The notes beneath the pieces were generated by a model. The model made no database searches. It saw nothing but the letters and a program-made list of their open reading frames with translations, and was not told the DNA's origin. DNA of 59,601 nt, filler included. It is 6 parts of 6 records of this genome, joined end to end, with 100 filler letters (N's around TTAATTAATTAA, not from the genome) between each part and the next. Parts side by side here need not be neighbours in the genome. Positions count along the whole stretch, not along the records: positions 1 to 11,017 come from SRR2962707_580; positions 11,118 to 30,232 come from SRR2962707_583; 4 more parts are not named here. The stretch is one strand, 5' to 3'. A program made the translations under genes and the position numbers. Position 1 is the stretch's first letter; the number at the start of each line of letters is the position of its first letter. Below are positions 8,682-18,785 of this stretch, piece after piece.

Positions 8682-9373
8682 TGATTCGAGTGATCCTGAC
8701 GGACATCGAGGGCACCACCAGTTCGATCTCCTTTGTACACGATGTCCTGTTTCCCTACGCCAGCGAGCACTTGCCGGAGTTTATCCGGGCCAACCATCAC
8801 ACCTTGCCGGCGGTGGCGGAACAGCTGGCTCGGGTGGCAGAGATCAGCGGTACCGACCGGAAAGACATCGATGGCCTCATCGATGTACTGCAAGGGTGGA
8901 TTGCCGAAGACCGCAAGGAGGGTTCACTAAAGGCGCTGCAGGGCATGGTCTGGGAGCAGGGGTATCACAGCGGTGAACTGAAAGGCCATATCTATCCGGA
9001 TGCCGCGGATTATCTCCAGCGCTGGCATGATCGGGGCCTGAGACTGTTCGTATATTCTTCCGGGTCCGTCAAGGCCCAGAAGCTGATCTTCGGTCATAGC
9101 AATGAAGGCGACTTCACGGTTTTCTTCTCTGGTTATTTCGACACGGCCGTCGGGGGCAAAAAGGAGTCCCAGTCCTATCGCAACATTCTTGCGGAGCTGG
9201 GGGTAGACGCGGGCACAGTGCTGTTTCTGTCCGATGTTGAGGAAGAGCTGCGTGCGGCCGAGGAAGCGGGCCTGAAAACCGCCTGGCTGGTACGAGAGGG
9301 CGAACTGCCGGATACCGCTCGGGTCGTGGCCAAGGATTTTTCGGAGGTTGATGCGCTGTTGCGCAAACGATAG
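8681..9373 (+). CDS. mtnC: Enolase-phosphatase E1
   Basis: DIEGTT HAD motif, LKALQG, YSSGS and FLSD; TGATG overlap with mtnD. Confidence 0.94.
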   Translation: MIRVILTDIEGTTSSISFVHDVLFPYASEHLPEFIRANHHTLPAVAEQLARVAEISGTDRKDIDGLIDVLQGWIAEDRKEGSLKALQGMVWEQGYHSGELKGHIYPDAADYLQRWHDRGLRLFVYSSGSVKAQKLIFGHSNEGDFTVFFSGYFDTAVGGKKESQSYRNILAELGVDAGTVLFLSDVEEELRAAEEAGLKTAWLVREGELPDTARVVAKDFSEVDALLRKR

Positions 9374-9383
9374 GAGGTGATTC

Positions 9384-10445
9384 ATGCCCGGGCGCCGCTG
9401 GTATTCATGGCTGTTACCGGCTGTGTGTACACTCAGCCTGCTCGGGTGCAATCCCTTTTCAGACGCTGAATCCCTCACTGATGAGTACCTGGAACGTTTG
9501 GCCCGGGTACTCGATACCGCGGCCGTTCCCAGGGCCGAGCTGCCCGCCGGCTCCATTCCCCCCAGGCGGCGAGAGCGGATACTTGCCCTGCCGGAGCTGG
9601 ATCTGGGCATGCTGGATTTTCTGTCGCTTTACGGCTGCGAGCTCCAGTATGTGGTGGGCGAACGCAATTCCGTGATGGGCAAGGTGATGCAGCCCATCAA
9701 TCAGTTACGCTACGAGATTCGTTTTATCCGAGCTGCGGAGGCCTGTCTGCCCGAGGTGGATGACGAGGAGCTCACAGACGCTCTGGAATCCGCCATTGAA
9801 AGCAAACGGGGCAGTCTGCCGCTGGCGGTCTGGAATGCCACCTGGGGGACCGAAGAGGTGGAGCGCCAGTTCACACTGTCCAAAGGCTATTATCCGGTGG
9901 CGGAAACGGGCAATCCCGCGTCGGATCTGGTCCGGGATCTGCAGCAGTTGAACCGCCAGGTGGAAGCCTTACTGGCTCAGAAGCTCGAGATCTCCCTGGA
10001 GAATCTCGGCCAGATCCATCAGCGCTGGCAGGCGGATGTGCTGGCGGGCCAGACTATTAACAGCGCCCGCTTGCTGATCAGCACCCTGAATGCCGGCACC
10101 GAGCTGCTCGACACTCGATTGGAGGGCAGGCCGCTGTGTCTCAACGGCCAGCCCAATAACCAGTCGGAAATTGTTCAGAACTTCTTCTTCAGTATCTATA
10201 TCGGAAAAATCCAGCCGTACATGAGTGACGTCAGCCGGGCACGGGATTCGCTGATTGCGGGCTTTGCGGAACTCGCCAGACAGCAGCAAGCCGTGATGCC
10301 AGAGAGTTTTACGCCCTGGTACCAGCGTCATCTGGCGGCTGATACCCAGAATAGCCTCTGGCAGGAACTGGATCAGGCCATGATGCGGCATACCCGGCAC
10401 TGGCAGGATCTGTTGGGGCAGTGCGGGCTTCGTCCGGGCGCCTGA
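9384..10445 (+). CDS. DUF3080-like lipoprotein
   Basis: LLGC lipobox; YLERLARVL...CELQYVVGERNSVMGKVM...LRYE pattern. Confidence 0.7.
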   Translation: MPGRRWYSWLLPAVCTLSLLGCNPFSDAESLTDEYLERLARVLDTAAVPRAELPAGSIPPRRRERILALPELDLGMLDFLSLYGCELQYVVGERNSVMGKVMQPINQLRYEIRFIRAAEACLPEVDDEELTDALESAIESKRGSLPLAVWNATWGTEEVERQFTLSKGYYPVAETGNPASDLVRDLQQLNRQVEALLAQKLEISLENLGQIHQRWQADVLAGQTINSARLLISTLNAGTELLDTRLEGRPLCLNGQPNNQSEIVQNFFFSIYIGKIQPYMSDVSRARDSLIAGFAELARQQQAVMPESFTPWYQRHLAADTQNSLWQELDQAMMRHTRHWQDLLGQCGLRPGA

Positions 10446-10458
10446 TTGTCCGTTTTAC

Positions 10459-11017
10459 TCAACGTTGGCTTTCCGGCGTTACCCTCAGAATTTCCTCCAC
10501 TGTGGTCAGTCCCGCGGCCACTTTCTGGGCGCCATTGAGCCGCAGTGACTTCATGCCTTCTTTGTAGGCATCCAGCCGAAGCTGTTCCAGCTCGCAGTGA
10601 TCGGTGATCTGGCGGGTGAGTTTGTCTGACAGTGCCATAATCTCGTATACCCCGGCTCGGCCCATGTAACCGGTGTTCCGGCATTCCAGGCAGCCGACCG
10701 GCTGGTAGAACTGCCGGGGCAGCAGTGCCTTCCACGGCCGGGTCAGCGTCTGCCAGGCGTGAGCATCCGACTCCCCGGGCTGCTTGCAGTGCGGGCAGAG
10801 CGTACGCGCCAGTCGCTGGGCCATCACGCCGAGTACCGTGGCCCGGATCAGATAGGGCGGAATGCCCAGCTCCATGAGGCGGGTGATGGCGCTGGGGGCA
10901 TCGTTGGTATGCAGCGTTGAGAGAACCAGATGCCCGGTCAGCGCTGCCTGCACTGCCATTTCAGCCGTTTCCAGATCCCGGATCTCACCGATCATGATGA
11001 TGTCCGGGTCCTGCCGC
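10459..11017 (-). CDS. GspE/PilB-family secretion ATPase, C-terminal part (truncated at contig end)
   Basis: [14 protein letters not shown] (Walker B), [13 protein letters not shown], CxxC...CxxC and GYMGR motifs. Confidence 0.9.
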
Positions 11018-11117
11018 NNNNNNNNNNNNNNNNNNNNNNNNNNNNNNNNNNNNNNNNNNNNTTAATTAATTAANNNNNNNNNNNNNNNNNNNNNNNNNNN
11101 NNNNNNNNNNNNNNNNN
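11018..11117. other. Artificial contig spacer
   Basis: N44-TTAATTAATTAA-N44, which puts stops in all six frames. Confidence 0.98.
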
Positions 11118-11249
11118 GGCAAGATCATGCGCCGGATCCTGCGCAAGATCGCCGAGGATGAGTTTGGCGCGCTGGGTGATACCTCGACGCTGGCTGATCC
11201 CGGCGTTGTCGATGATCTGATTGCCAATCGGCAGAACAAGAAAGGCTGA
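11118..11249 (+). CDS. acs: Acetyl-CoA synthetase, C-terminal fragment
   Basis: Hand translation [43 protein letters not shown]. Confidence 0.9.
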   Translation, partial: GKIMRRILRKIAEDEFGALGDTSTLADPGVVDDLIANRQNKKG

Positions 11250-11289
11250 TTGAGACCGCAGTCATCTGCGCGTGTTCAATCATCACGAG

Positions 11290-11328
11290 AAAAAAGCCCG
11301 CCCGGTGGTATCCGGAGCGGGCTTTTTT
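11290..11328 (+). terminator. Intrinsic terminator after acs (bidirectional form)
   Basis: AAAAAAGCCCGC-CCGG...CCGGA-GCGGGCTTTTTT. Confidence 0.85.
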
Positions 11329-11373
11329 GTGTCGGGTCCACGATGCGGAGACGAAAATAATTTGCGGTTGCTG

Positions 11374-11403
11374 CTTGGCAAGCCGGGATTACTGCCCCAC
11401 ATT
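11374..11403 (+). promoter_or_regulatory. Rhizobial sigma70-type promoter
   Basis: CTTGGC-N17-CCACAT, against the rhizobial consensus CTTGAC-N17-CTATAT. Confidence 0.5.
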
Positions 11404-11439
11404 GTCTGTGTCGTTAACAATTGAAAAGGAGGTGATCTG

Positions 11440-11505
11440 ATGTCGAGTGATTCCCAAAAGCCGGTTCGTACGATTCGGATTGCCGGACTTCGGAGCAGCC
11501 TCTGA
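11440..11505 (+). CDS. Putative 21-aa small protein MSSDSQKPVRTIRIAGLRSSL (or sRNA-embedded ORF)
   Basis: Preceded by AAAGGAGGTGATC (11425-11437), complementary to the 16S rRNA 3' end. Confidence 0.5.
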   Translation: MSSDSQKPVRTIRIAGLRSSL

Positions 11506-11582
11506 AGAGCCGGTAGTACTGGCAAGCCCCGATCCATCCTTGATGTGAGCGGGCAGGCGTCCAACCGGCGCTGGAATTCACG

Positions 11583-11610
11583 AAGGCCACCCCTTGCGGG
11601 TGGCCTTTTT
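11583..11610 (+). terminator. Intrinsic terminator closing the sORF/sRNA unit
   Basis: AAGGCCACCC-cttgc-GGGTGGCCTT followed by TTT. Confidence 0.85.
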
Positions 11611-11645
11611 GATGTCTGCGGTACTGTCACACAAGTGGATGGATC

Positions 11646-12116
11646 TTATCCGGCACATTGCGGTTTGTGGCGTTTTCCTCCCTGATAGGGCCGGGCCAGG
11701 CCACTTGCCAGCATGGCCGACGCAATGTCGCGCGCTCCGGCCTTCATGTCGGCCAGCACCCGCCCGTAATATTTCCCGCCAGCCACATTGATCAGCTCGA
11801 CAGTCGACACGCCTGATACCAGCCGTTCAAGCTCGTTGCGGGCCATTAGCGCTGCGGCCCGCTGGTCCGCGCACCGGGAGCGGCGTTCCGGCGTATCAAT
11901 ACCGCGCAACCGGACCGATACGCGCACGGCGTGACCAGGCCAGGGGTGGGCGTCAACCTCAAGCGTGTCGCCGTCAATGATTCTGATGATTTGCGCGCTC
12001 ACCGGCCCGGCAATGCTGCGCCACTGCTTGTCGGCCGCATCAGCTGTTGTTGCAAGACCGCAGGAGACGACAAGCGACACCAGGAGTGCAAGTGAAATGG
12101 GCGAATCACTGTTCAT
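11646..12116 (-). CDS. Secreted thermonuclease (SNase) family protein
   Basis: Signal peptide; IIDGDTL, VRLRGIDTPE, KYYGRVLA and GLARPY motifs. Confidence 0.9.
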   Translation of the reverse strand: MNSDSPISLALLVSLVVSCGLATTADAADKQWRSIAGPVSAQIIRIIDGDTLEVDAHPWPGHAVRVSVRLRGIDTPERRSRCADQRAAALMARNELERLVSGVSTVELINVAGGKYYGRVLADMKAGARDIASAMLASGLARPYQGGKRHKPQCAG

Positions 12117-12141
12117 GGATATGGAATATATTCCTATATCC
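12117..12141. promoter_or_regulatory. Near-perfect palindrome abutting the nuclease start codon
   Basis: GGATATGGAATA|TATTCC(T)ATATCC. Confidence 0.55.
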
Positions 12142-12164
12142 GTCCTGACGCAATGTCGGCCCGG

Positions 12165-12446
12165 TTAGAAATCTATGGCGCGGCCGTTGATTTCCCAATC
12201 GCCAAACCGCGCAGGATCGGCGCCGCCGCGACCACCGACTTCCTTCTCAGCTGCCTTGGCTTCGGCTTCGCGCGCATTTCGGCGCGCTTCCGCTTCGGCA
12301 AGAGCCCGCTGGGCAGCCGGGCTGAGCGGAGGTTTTGCAGCCTGAACATCATCAGACGTCTCAGCGGACATCGTGCCGTGATCCTGGCCATTGGTTGCCT
12401 CTGAATGATCAGAGGTTTTGTTTTCAGGTGCTGGGTCTTCGGTCAT
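12165..12446 (-). CDS. DUF1674 protein (SDHAF4-like C-terminus), 93 aa
   Basis: C-terminus EVGGRGGADPARFGDWEINGRAIDF. The likely start is ATG 12446, not the 436-aa ORF start. Confidence 0.85.
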   Translation of the reverse strand: MTEDPAPENKTSDHSEATNGQDHGTMSAETSDDVQAAKPPLSPAAQRALAEAEARRNAREAEAKAAEKEVGGRGGADPARFGDWEINGRAIDF

Positions 12447-12473
12447 GGGCTTGCTACCAGTCTGGCCTTCACA

Positions 12474-12501
12474 TTGAAGATTATCTTGAAACAACCCATA
12501 T
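12474..12501 (+). promoter_or_regulatory. RpoH (sigma32)-type promoter of htpX
   Basis: TTGAA-N16-CCCATAT upstream of a heat-shock protease gene. Confidence 0.6.
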
Positions 12502-12581
12502 CTAGCGTCAGAAGCGACAAATTCCAAATGTCTCTGCCGTTTTGGCAGAAGGTGCCCGATCGCCGGAAAGGATGACGCCAC

Positions 12582-13529
12582 ATGAACCTTGTTCGCACTG
12601 CCATGCTGATTGCGCTGATGACCGCCCTGTTCATGGGTGTCGGCTACATGATCGGCGGTACCGGCGGCATGATGATCGCGCTGGTCATTGCTGCCGCGAT
12701 GAACCTGTTTTCCTACTGGAATTCCGACAAGATGGTGCTGCGCATGCACCACGCTGTGGAAGTTGACGCACAATCCGCTCCGGAATTCTACCAGATCGTT
12801 GCGGATCTGGCGCAGAACGCGCGCCTGCCGATGCCGAAGGTCTACGTGATTCACAATCAGCAACCCAATGCCTTTGCAACCGGCCGCAATCCCCAAAACG
12901 CGGCCGTTGCGGCATCTGTCGGTCTTCTCGAAGCTCTGAGCGATGAGGAAGTGGCCGCGGTGATGGCGCATGAGCTGGCGCATGTGCAAAACCGCGACAC
13001 GCTGACCATGACGATCACCGCAACACTGGCCGGTGCGATTTCCATGCTGGGCAATTTCGCACTGTTCTTTGGCGGCAACCGCGACAACAACAATCCCTTC
13101 GGCTTTATCGGTGTGTTGGTGGCGATGATTGTCGCACCGTTTGCGGCGATGCTGGTGCAGATGACGATCAGCCGGACCCGCGAATATGCCGCTGATCGGC
13201 GCGGTGCCGAGATCTGTGGCAATCCGCTTTGGCTGGCCTCGGCGTTGAGAAAGATTGCCATGGGTGCAGGTCGTGTGGTCAATGAGGACGCTGAACGCAA
13301 TCCGGCGACGGCGCACATGTTCATTATCAATCCACTGAATGGTCAACGCATGGACAGTTTGTTCTCTACCCACCCGGCAACGGAAAACCGCATCGCGGCA
13401 CTCGAAGCGATGGCTGCCGAAATGGCGGCACCTTCTCCCCGCCAGGCGCGTCCGGCCAGGACATCGGTTCCCCAATCGGGGCCATGGGGCCGCGATGGCT
13501 CAACTCCCCGCAAGGGGCCCTGGTCTTGA
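12582..13529 (+). CDS. htpX: Zinc metalloprotease HtpX
   Basis: [26 protein letters not shown] and FSTHP motifs. Confidence 0.95.
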   Translation: MNLVRTAMLIALMTALFMGVGYMIGGTGGMMIALVIAAAMNLFSYWNSDKMVLRMHHAVEVDAQSAPEFYQIVADLAQNARLPMPKVYVIHNQQPNAFATGRNPQNAAVAASVGLLEALSDEEVAAVMAHELAHVQNRDTLTMTITATLAGAISMLGNFALFFGGNRDNNNPFGFIGVLVAMIVAPFAAMLVQMTISRTREYAADRRGAEICGNPLWLASALRKIAMGAGRVVNEDAERNPATAHMFIINPLNGQRMDSLFSTHPATENRIAALEAMAAEMAAPSPRQARPARTSVPQSGPWGRDGSTPRKGPWS

Positions 13530-14911
13530 CCGGCACACCGCCGGCCGGGCAACGCAGAAGACCTCAGAAATCGCAAAACCGCCGCGATCCAGGCGATCTG
13601 AAGCCGGGTCTTGCGGCACGTCAGGCGGCTTCACGGCTGTTGTCGGCAGTGACCGAGAGCCGGGCCTCTCTGGACGGGCTTCTCGATCCGGCTGGTGGAA
13701 ACCCGGCTTTTACCGGGCTTGGCGACCAGGATCGGCTTCTCGTGCGGGCCATACTTTTGTCGGCGCTGAGACATCTTCAGGTCATCGACGCCTTCATCGA
13801 CAGTCTGGTCGACAATCCATTGCCCGAGGGCGCAAAGGCTTTGCGGCAGGTGCTGCGCGTTGGTGCTGCGCAGATCCTGTATCTCGATGTTCCCGATCGC
13901 GCCGCTGTTGATCTGGCGGTCACGCAGGCTGATTCAGATCCGCGTAATCGCCGCTTTGCCGGTCTCGTCAATGCCCTGTTGCGCCGTATGGCGCGGGAGA
14001 AAGATCAGCTTCTGCCCGAGATAGCAGCTGCAACTGCGGACTTCCCGGACTGGTTTGAAAGCCGGCTTCGCACTTCCTACGGCGAAGACGCAGAAGCTAT
14101 TCTTTCCATCCTGTCAGAGCCGCCGGCCATTGATCTGACCGTGAAAAGTGATGCTGATGACTGGGCTGCGCAGCTTGGCGGCGTTGTCTTGCCAACCGGT
14201 TCGGTGCGTATCGCCCGGCCGGATGGCCCGGTGTCAGGCCTTGCCGGATATGATGACGGCGCCTGGTGGGTTCAGGATGCGGCGGCCAGCCTTCCGGCCC
14301 AGATGTTTTCTAAGCTCAACGGGCTGGAAATCGCTGATCTGTGCGCAGCACCCGGCGGCAAGACCGCGCAGCTGGCGCTGGCCGGTGCGCGGGTTACGGC
14401 GTGTGATCAGTCCTCGACACGGCTCGAGCGGCTGCGGGGCAACCTGGAACGGCTCGGGTTTGATGTGGCGACGCAACTCACCAGAGCCCAGGATCTGATT
14501 GCGCCGGAAGGTTTTGACGGGGTGCTTCTGGATGCCCCCTGTTCGTCGACCGGAACCGTGCGCCGCCATCCCGACATCCCCTATACCAAGGGGCCTGAGG
14601 ACATCATGCGGCTGGCCCGCGTTCAACGCGACCTGCTCGATCATGCGGCAGGCCTGGTAAGACCGGGCGGAGAGCTGGTGTTTTCCAACTGCTCGCTTGA
14701 CCCTGAAGAAGGCGAAGAGATGGTGGCTGGTTTTCTCGCCGATCATCCGGCCTGGAAGATCAGGCCCGTGGATTCAGCGCGTTGGCCGGGCCTTGAGAGC
14801 GCAATCACAGCACAGGGTGAAATCCGGACGCATCCCGCCATGCTCGGCAATGATGACCCGCGGCTTGCAGGGCTGGACGGTTTTTATGCGGTTGTGCTGG
14901 TCCGGCAGTAA
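13526..14911 (+). CDS. rsmB: RsmB/NOP2-family rRNA m5C methyltransferase with NusB-like N-terminus
   Basis: [25 protein letters not shown] and FSNCS motifs. Start uncertain; TTG 13526 overlaps the htpX stop. Confidence 0.88.
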   Translation: MTGTPPAGQRRRPQKSQNRRDPGDLKPGLAARQAASRLLSAVTESRASLDGLLDPAGGNPAFTGLGDQDRLLVRAILLSALRHLQVIDAFIDSLVDNPLPEGAKALRQVLRVGAAQILYLDVPDRAAVDLAVTQADSDPRNRRFAGLVNALLRRMAREKDQLLPEIAAATADFPDWFESRLRTSYGEDAEAILSILSEPPAIDLTVKSDADDWAAQLGGVVLPTGSVRIARPDGPVSGLAGYDDGAWWVQDAAASLPAQMFSKLNGLEIADLCAAPGGKTAQLALAGARVTACDQSSTRLERLRGNLERLGFDVATQLTRAQDLIAPEGFDGVLLDAPCSSTGTVRRHPDIPYTKGPEDIMRLARVQRDLLDHAAGLVRPGGELVFSNCSLDPEEGEEMVAGFLADHPAWKIRPVDSARWPGLESAITAQGEIRTHPAMLGNDDPRLAGLDGFYAVVLVRQ

Positions 14912-15117
14912 GTCAAATTGCGGGAAGCAGGTTTCGGGGCGAAAGCCTTGACAATACCGGCATCTCTCCACATTAGCTGCCATTGTATACACGTATTAGC
15001 GCATGTTTCGCAGTCAATTGAATGCGGAACGTGCATTAGTGATAGTTGAACAATCAAACTACTGTGTTACGATTCTCGTCCGGTGGAGGGCCGGGACCCG
15101 GTTTCAGGATTTCCCGA

Positions 15118-16821
15118 TTGGCTTTTTCAATTCTCGACTCGCAACGTTCAGTGCAATTGTACGGGACAGAAATCTGGCGGCGGTTTGCCCGCCGGATGGC
15201 TTTGGGTCGGATCAGCGCTCTGCGGTTTGCCGGCGGAACCCCGGACCGGCTTGTGGTTGCGCCCATTGATTTGCGCATTGCCGATCCGCACATTGCCGAA
15301 GAAATCTATTCCGGACGCTTTGCCATGGGCGGCAGCATGATCGATACGAGCGGAGGCAGCCCGTTCCAGATCGAGGTTGCAAACCAGTCGTTCAATCGCA
15401 GCCTGCACGGTTTTGGCTGGCTCAGGCACATGCGCGCTGCCGATCACGATCTGGCATTCGCCAATGCGCGTGCTCTTGTTGACGACTGGATTGTGGTTGA
15501 AGGCCGTGAACTGGGAGGGCTGGCCTATGAACCTGATGTTCTGGCCACCCGGCTGATCGCCTGGTTTTCGCATTCGCCGATTGTCTTGCGCGGTGCAGAT
15601 CACGGGTTTTACCGGCGGTTTCTCAAAAGCATTGCCTTGCAGACGCGCTATCTCAAGCATGTGTCCGGCGCGATGCCAGCCGACGCGACCCGGTTCAAGG
15701 CCCGGATAGCCTTGGCGATGGCAAGTCTGTGCCTGCCGTCGAGTGCCGGCCAGGTGCGGGCTGCATCACGAAATCTCGATAGCGAAATCGATGCCCAGAT
15801 CCTGCCCGATGGCGGACATGTCTCCCGCAATCCGATGGTGCTGATCGATCTGCTGACAAATCTGCTGCCGCTGAAGCAGACCTATATCAATCTGGGGCAG
15901 AAGCCGCCGCGCAATCTGGCCGCCGGGATGGACCGGATGTTTTCGGCCCTGCGCTTCTTTCGCCATTCCAGTGGCGAACTGGTGCTGTTCAACGGCTCCT
16001 CGGCGGTTTCCGCGGACCGGTTGCTGGGCGTGCTGCGCTATGATGAGACGTCCGGTGCTGCATTTCGCGAAATGCCGCATTCACATTATCAAAGACTGTC
16101 GGCGGGCAATACCGTGGTGGTTGCCGAAACCGGTGCTCCGCCCAAGGGCGGGCTTTCCAGCCAGGCACATGCCGGATGTCTCTCCTTTGAGCTTTCATCA
16201 GGGGCGAACTGTTTCATCGTCAATGCCGGTGCGCCGGTGGTTGCGCATACGTCCTATGCCGATTTTGCCCGGATGACGGCAGCCCACAGCACCGTGACAC
16301 TTGGGGACCGGTCATCGCTGAGTTTTTCACATTCGGCGTTTTTGGGCCCGATTGTCACCGGCGGCGTGCGCAAGGTCAGCGTCGAATCGCTTGACGAAGA
16401 CGGCAAGCACCAGGGCTTCAGCGCAACGCATGACGGCTATGCCGGCAGCCTGAAGCTTTTGCACCGCCGCAAGGTCAGGCTGCTGTCATCAGGGCACGAA
16501 TTGCAGGGCCGGGATGAAATTCTCAGGCCTGATGAAAGCGCACCCGGACCGGATAACAAAACCTCGGCGGTGGCCCGGTTTCACATTCATCCGACCATTT
16601 CTGTTTCCATGGACGAGGATAGCGTGGTCCACCTCACAGCGGGCGATGGCGAAACCTGGGCCTTTGTGGCGCGGGATCTGACACCGAAAATCGAGGAAGA
16701 CGTGCATTTCGCAGATCTCGCGGGAGCACGGACCAGCAAACAGATCACGCTGGAATTTGTGGTTGGTGAGCAGTCGCAGATCGACTGGAAGCTGATCCGC
16801 ACCAACCTGCCGCGCGGCTGA
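15118..16821 (+). CDS. Heparinase II/III-family protein
   Basis: [36 protein letters not shown] and HDGY motifs. Start uncertain (15046-15151). Confidence 0.8.
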   Translation: MAFSILDSQRSVQLYGTEIWRRFARRMALGRISALRFAGGTPDRLVVAPIDLRIADPHIAEEIYSGRFAMGGSMIDTSGGSPFQIEVANQSFNRSLHGFGWLRHMRAADHDLAFANARALVDDWIVVEGRELGGLAYEPDVLATRLIAWFSHSPIVLRGADHGFYRRFLKSIALQTRYLKHVSGAMPADATRFKARIALAMASLCLPSSAGQVRAASRNLDSEIDAQILPDGGHVSRNPMVLIDLLTNLLPLKQTYINLGQKPPRNLAAGMDRMFSALRFFRHSSGELVLFNGSSAVSADRLLGVLRYDETSGAAFREMPHSHYQRLSAGNTVVVAETGAPPKGGLSSQAHAGCLSFELSSGANCFIVNAGAPVVAHTSYADFARMTAAHSTVTLGDRSSLSFSHSAFLGPIVTGGVRKVSVESLDEDGKHQGFSATHDGYAGSLKLLHRRKVRLLSSGHELQGRDEILRPDESAPGPDNKTSAVARFHIHPTISVSMDEDSVVHLTAGDGETWAFVARDLTPKIEEDVHFADLAGARTSKQITLEFVVGEQSQIDWKLIRTNLPRG

Positions 16822-16930
16822 GCCAGACAACGCTCCACAGATAAGCCCAATTGCGTGTTTTATCAGGCCCCGGCCTGTGTTAACGCATCCTCGCCGCCTG
16901 GCTGACGCGGTTGTTTTGAGGGATTTGCAT

Positions 16931-18544
16931 ATGGCTGTTGTTTCCAAAAACCATCCTGTACCGGATCTGGTCAAGGTTCGCCGCGCTCTGTTGTCTGTTT
17001 CAGACAAGACCGGGCTTGTGGATTTTGCGCGCGGGCTCGCCGAGCTTGGCGTCGAACTGGTGTCTACCGGCGGCACCCGCGCAGCACTTGAAGCGGCAGG
17101 CCTGAAGGTTCAGGACGTTTCAGACCTGACAGGTTTTCCTGAAATCATGGATGGCCGGGTCAAGACATTGCATCCGGGCGTGCATGGCGGCTTGCTGTCG
17201 ATCCGGGCCGATGCAGACCACATCTCGGCAATGAAAGAACATTCGATCGTCGAAATCGATCTGGCCGTGGTCAATCTCTATCCGTTCGAGCAGACCGTGG
17301 CCGGTGGCGCTGATGCCGCGACGATTGTCGAGAATATCGATATCGGCGGACCGGCGATGATCCGCGCGTCGGCCAAGAACCATGCCTATGTGACCGCGAT
17401 CACCGATCCGGATGATTATGCTCGCGTTCTGGAAGCGCTGCGCGGCCACGACGGCTCTGTTCCATTGTCGCTGCGCCGGGAGCTGGCGGCGCTGGCGTTC
17501 GCTCGAACCGCTGCCTATGACGCTGCAGTGTCGGGCTGGTTTGCCAGGGACCTCTCGCTGGAAGCGCCGCGGCACCGTGCCTTTGGTGGCAAATTGCTCG
17601 ACGTCATGCGCTATGGCGAGAACCCGCATCAGGCGGCAGCGTTTTATTCCAATGGCGAAAATCGGCCCGGTGTTGCGACTGCGACGCTTCTGCAGGGCAA
17701 GCAGCTCTCCTACAACAACATCAATGACACAGATGCGGCATTTGAGCTGGTCAGCGAATTTGAGCAGGCCCGGCCTGCCTGCGCCATCATCAAGCACGCA
17801 AACCCCTGTGGCGTGGCAGTTGGCGACAGCCTGAGCGAAGCCTATCGGCGCGCGCTCGAGTGCGATCAGACCTCGGCATTCGGCGGGATCATCGCGCTTA
17901 ACCAGCCACTCGATGCAGAAACTGCGACCGAAATCGTCAAGCTGTTCACGGAAGTCATCATTGCGCCTGACGCCAGCGACGAGGCACGGGCCATCCTTTC
18001 CGCCAAGAAAAACCTGCGTTTGATGGTCACCGGCGAGTTGGCCGATCCGCGCCAGCCCGGGATTACGGTGAAGACAGTTGCCGGCGGGCTGCTGGTGCAG
18101 GGGCGCGACAACGGCATCGTGTTGCCTGAAGACTTCAAGGTGGTGACCAAGCGCGCTCCGGATGCTCGTGAACTTGCCGATCTGGCGTTTGCGTTCCGGG
18201 TGGCAAAACACGTCAAATCCAATGCCATCGTCTATGCGCTTAACGGCGCCACGGTCGGTATCGGGGCAGGTCAGATGAGCCGTGTCGATTCGGCCCGGAT
18301 CGCGGCCCGCAAGGCGGTTGATGCCGCGGACGTGCTGGGCCTTGAAACGCCGCTGACCAAGGGCAGCGTCGTTGCCTCCGATGCGTTCTTCCCGTTCGCT
18401 GACGGGCTGCTCTCGGCGATCGAGGCCGGCGCAACAGCTGTTGTGCAGCCGGGTGGATCTGTGCGTGATCAGGACGTGATCGATGCAGCCGATGAAGCCG
18501 GTGTGGCTATGGTGTTCACCGGAATGCGCCACTTCCGCCATTAA
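16931..18544 (+). CDS. purH: Bifunctional AICAR transformylase/IMP cyclohydrolase
   Basis: [34 protein letters not shown] and RHFRH motifs. Confidence 0.97.
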   Translation: MAVVSKNHPVPDLVKVRRALLSVSDKTGLVDFARGLAELGVELVSTGGTRAALEAAGLKVQDVSDLTGFPEIMDGRVKTLHPGVHGGLLSIRADADHISAMKEHSIVEIDLAVVNLYPFEQTVAGGADAATIVENIDIGGPAMIRASAKNHAYVTAITDPDDYARVLEALRGHDGSVPLSLRRELAALAFARTAAYDAAVSGWFARDLSLEAPRHRAFGGKLLDVMRYGENPHQAAAFYSNGENRPGVATATLLQGKQLSYNNINDTDAAFELVSEFEQARPACAIIKHANPCGVAVGDSLSEAYRRALECDQTSAFGGIIALNQPLDAETATEIVKLFTEVIIAPDASDEARAILSAKKNLRLMVTGELADPRQPGITVKTVAGGLLVQGRDNGIVLPEDFKVVTKRAPDARELADLAFAFRVAKHVKSNAIVYALNGATVGIGAGQMSRVDSARIAARKAVDAADVLGLETPLTKGSVVASDAFFPFADGLLSAIEAGATAVVQPGGSVRDQDVIDAADEAGVAMVFTGMRHFRH

Positions 18545-18785
18545 TGTCTGAGTAACCAAGTTCGAAGCTATGAGCGCGTAGTGGGTGAACAAACACTGGG
18601 AAATTCTGTCGCGTTAACCCACCGGCGTTCATCACCGGTGTAAGTGCTTTCCCGGCGGATGCAGGTTAAGCCGCTCTGCCGGGACACGCTCTCTGCGGGA
18701 ACAATTTTATCAATAAAATCAGCTCAATACCTGAGGTATTGTTCCATACTTTCAGTATGGATGTGGTTTTCTGATTGTCACTTGA

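Noticed and set aside
7495..9373. Incomplete methionine salvage pathway (no mtnA or mtnK)
   Set aside because: A separate mtnBDC cluster is ordinary in gammaproteobacteria; the other genes are usually elsewhere.
11062..11073. TTAATTAATTAA palindrome repeated five times in the window
   Set aside because: It is always centred in N runs of identical length, so it is a synthetic linker.
1..11249. Linkage of the acetate-type symporter cluster with acs
   Set aside because: They lie on different contigs from different bacterial classes.
12165..13475. 436-aa minus-strand ORF
   Set aside because: Mostly an antisense shadow of htpX; only the last 93 aa (DUF1674) look real.
16822..16930. ZTP (pfl) riboswitch upstream of purH
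   Set aside because: CCGCCTGG resembles the 3' element, but the conserved 5' GACTGGCG and its stems are absent.
17120..18592. 490-aa ORF antisense to purH
   Set aside because: High-GC shadow frame with no recognisable motifs.
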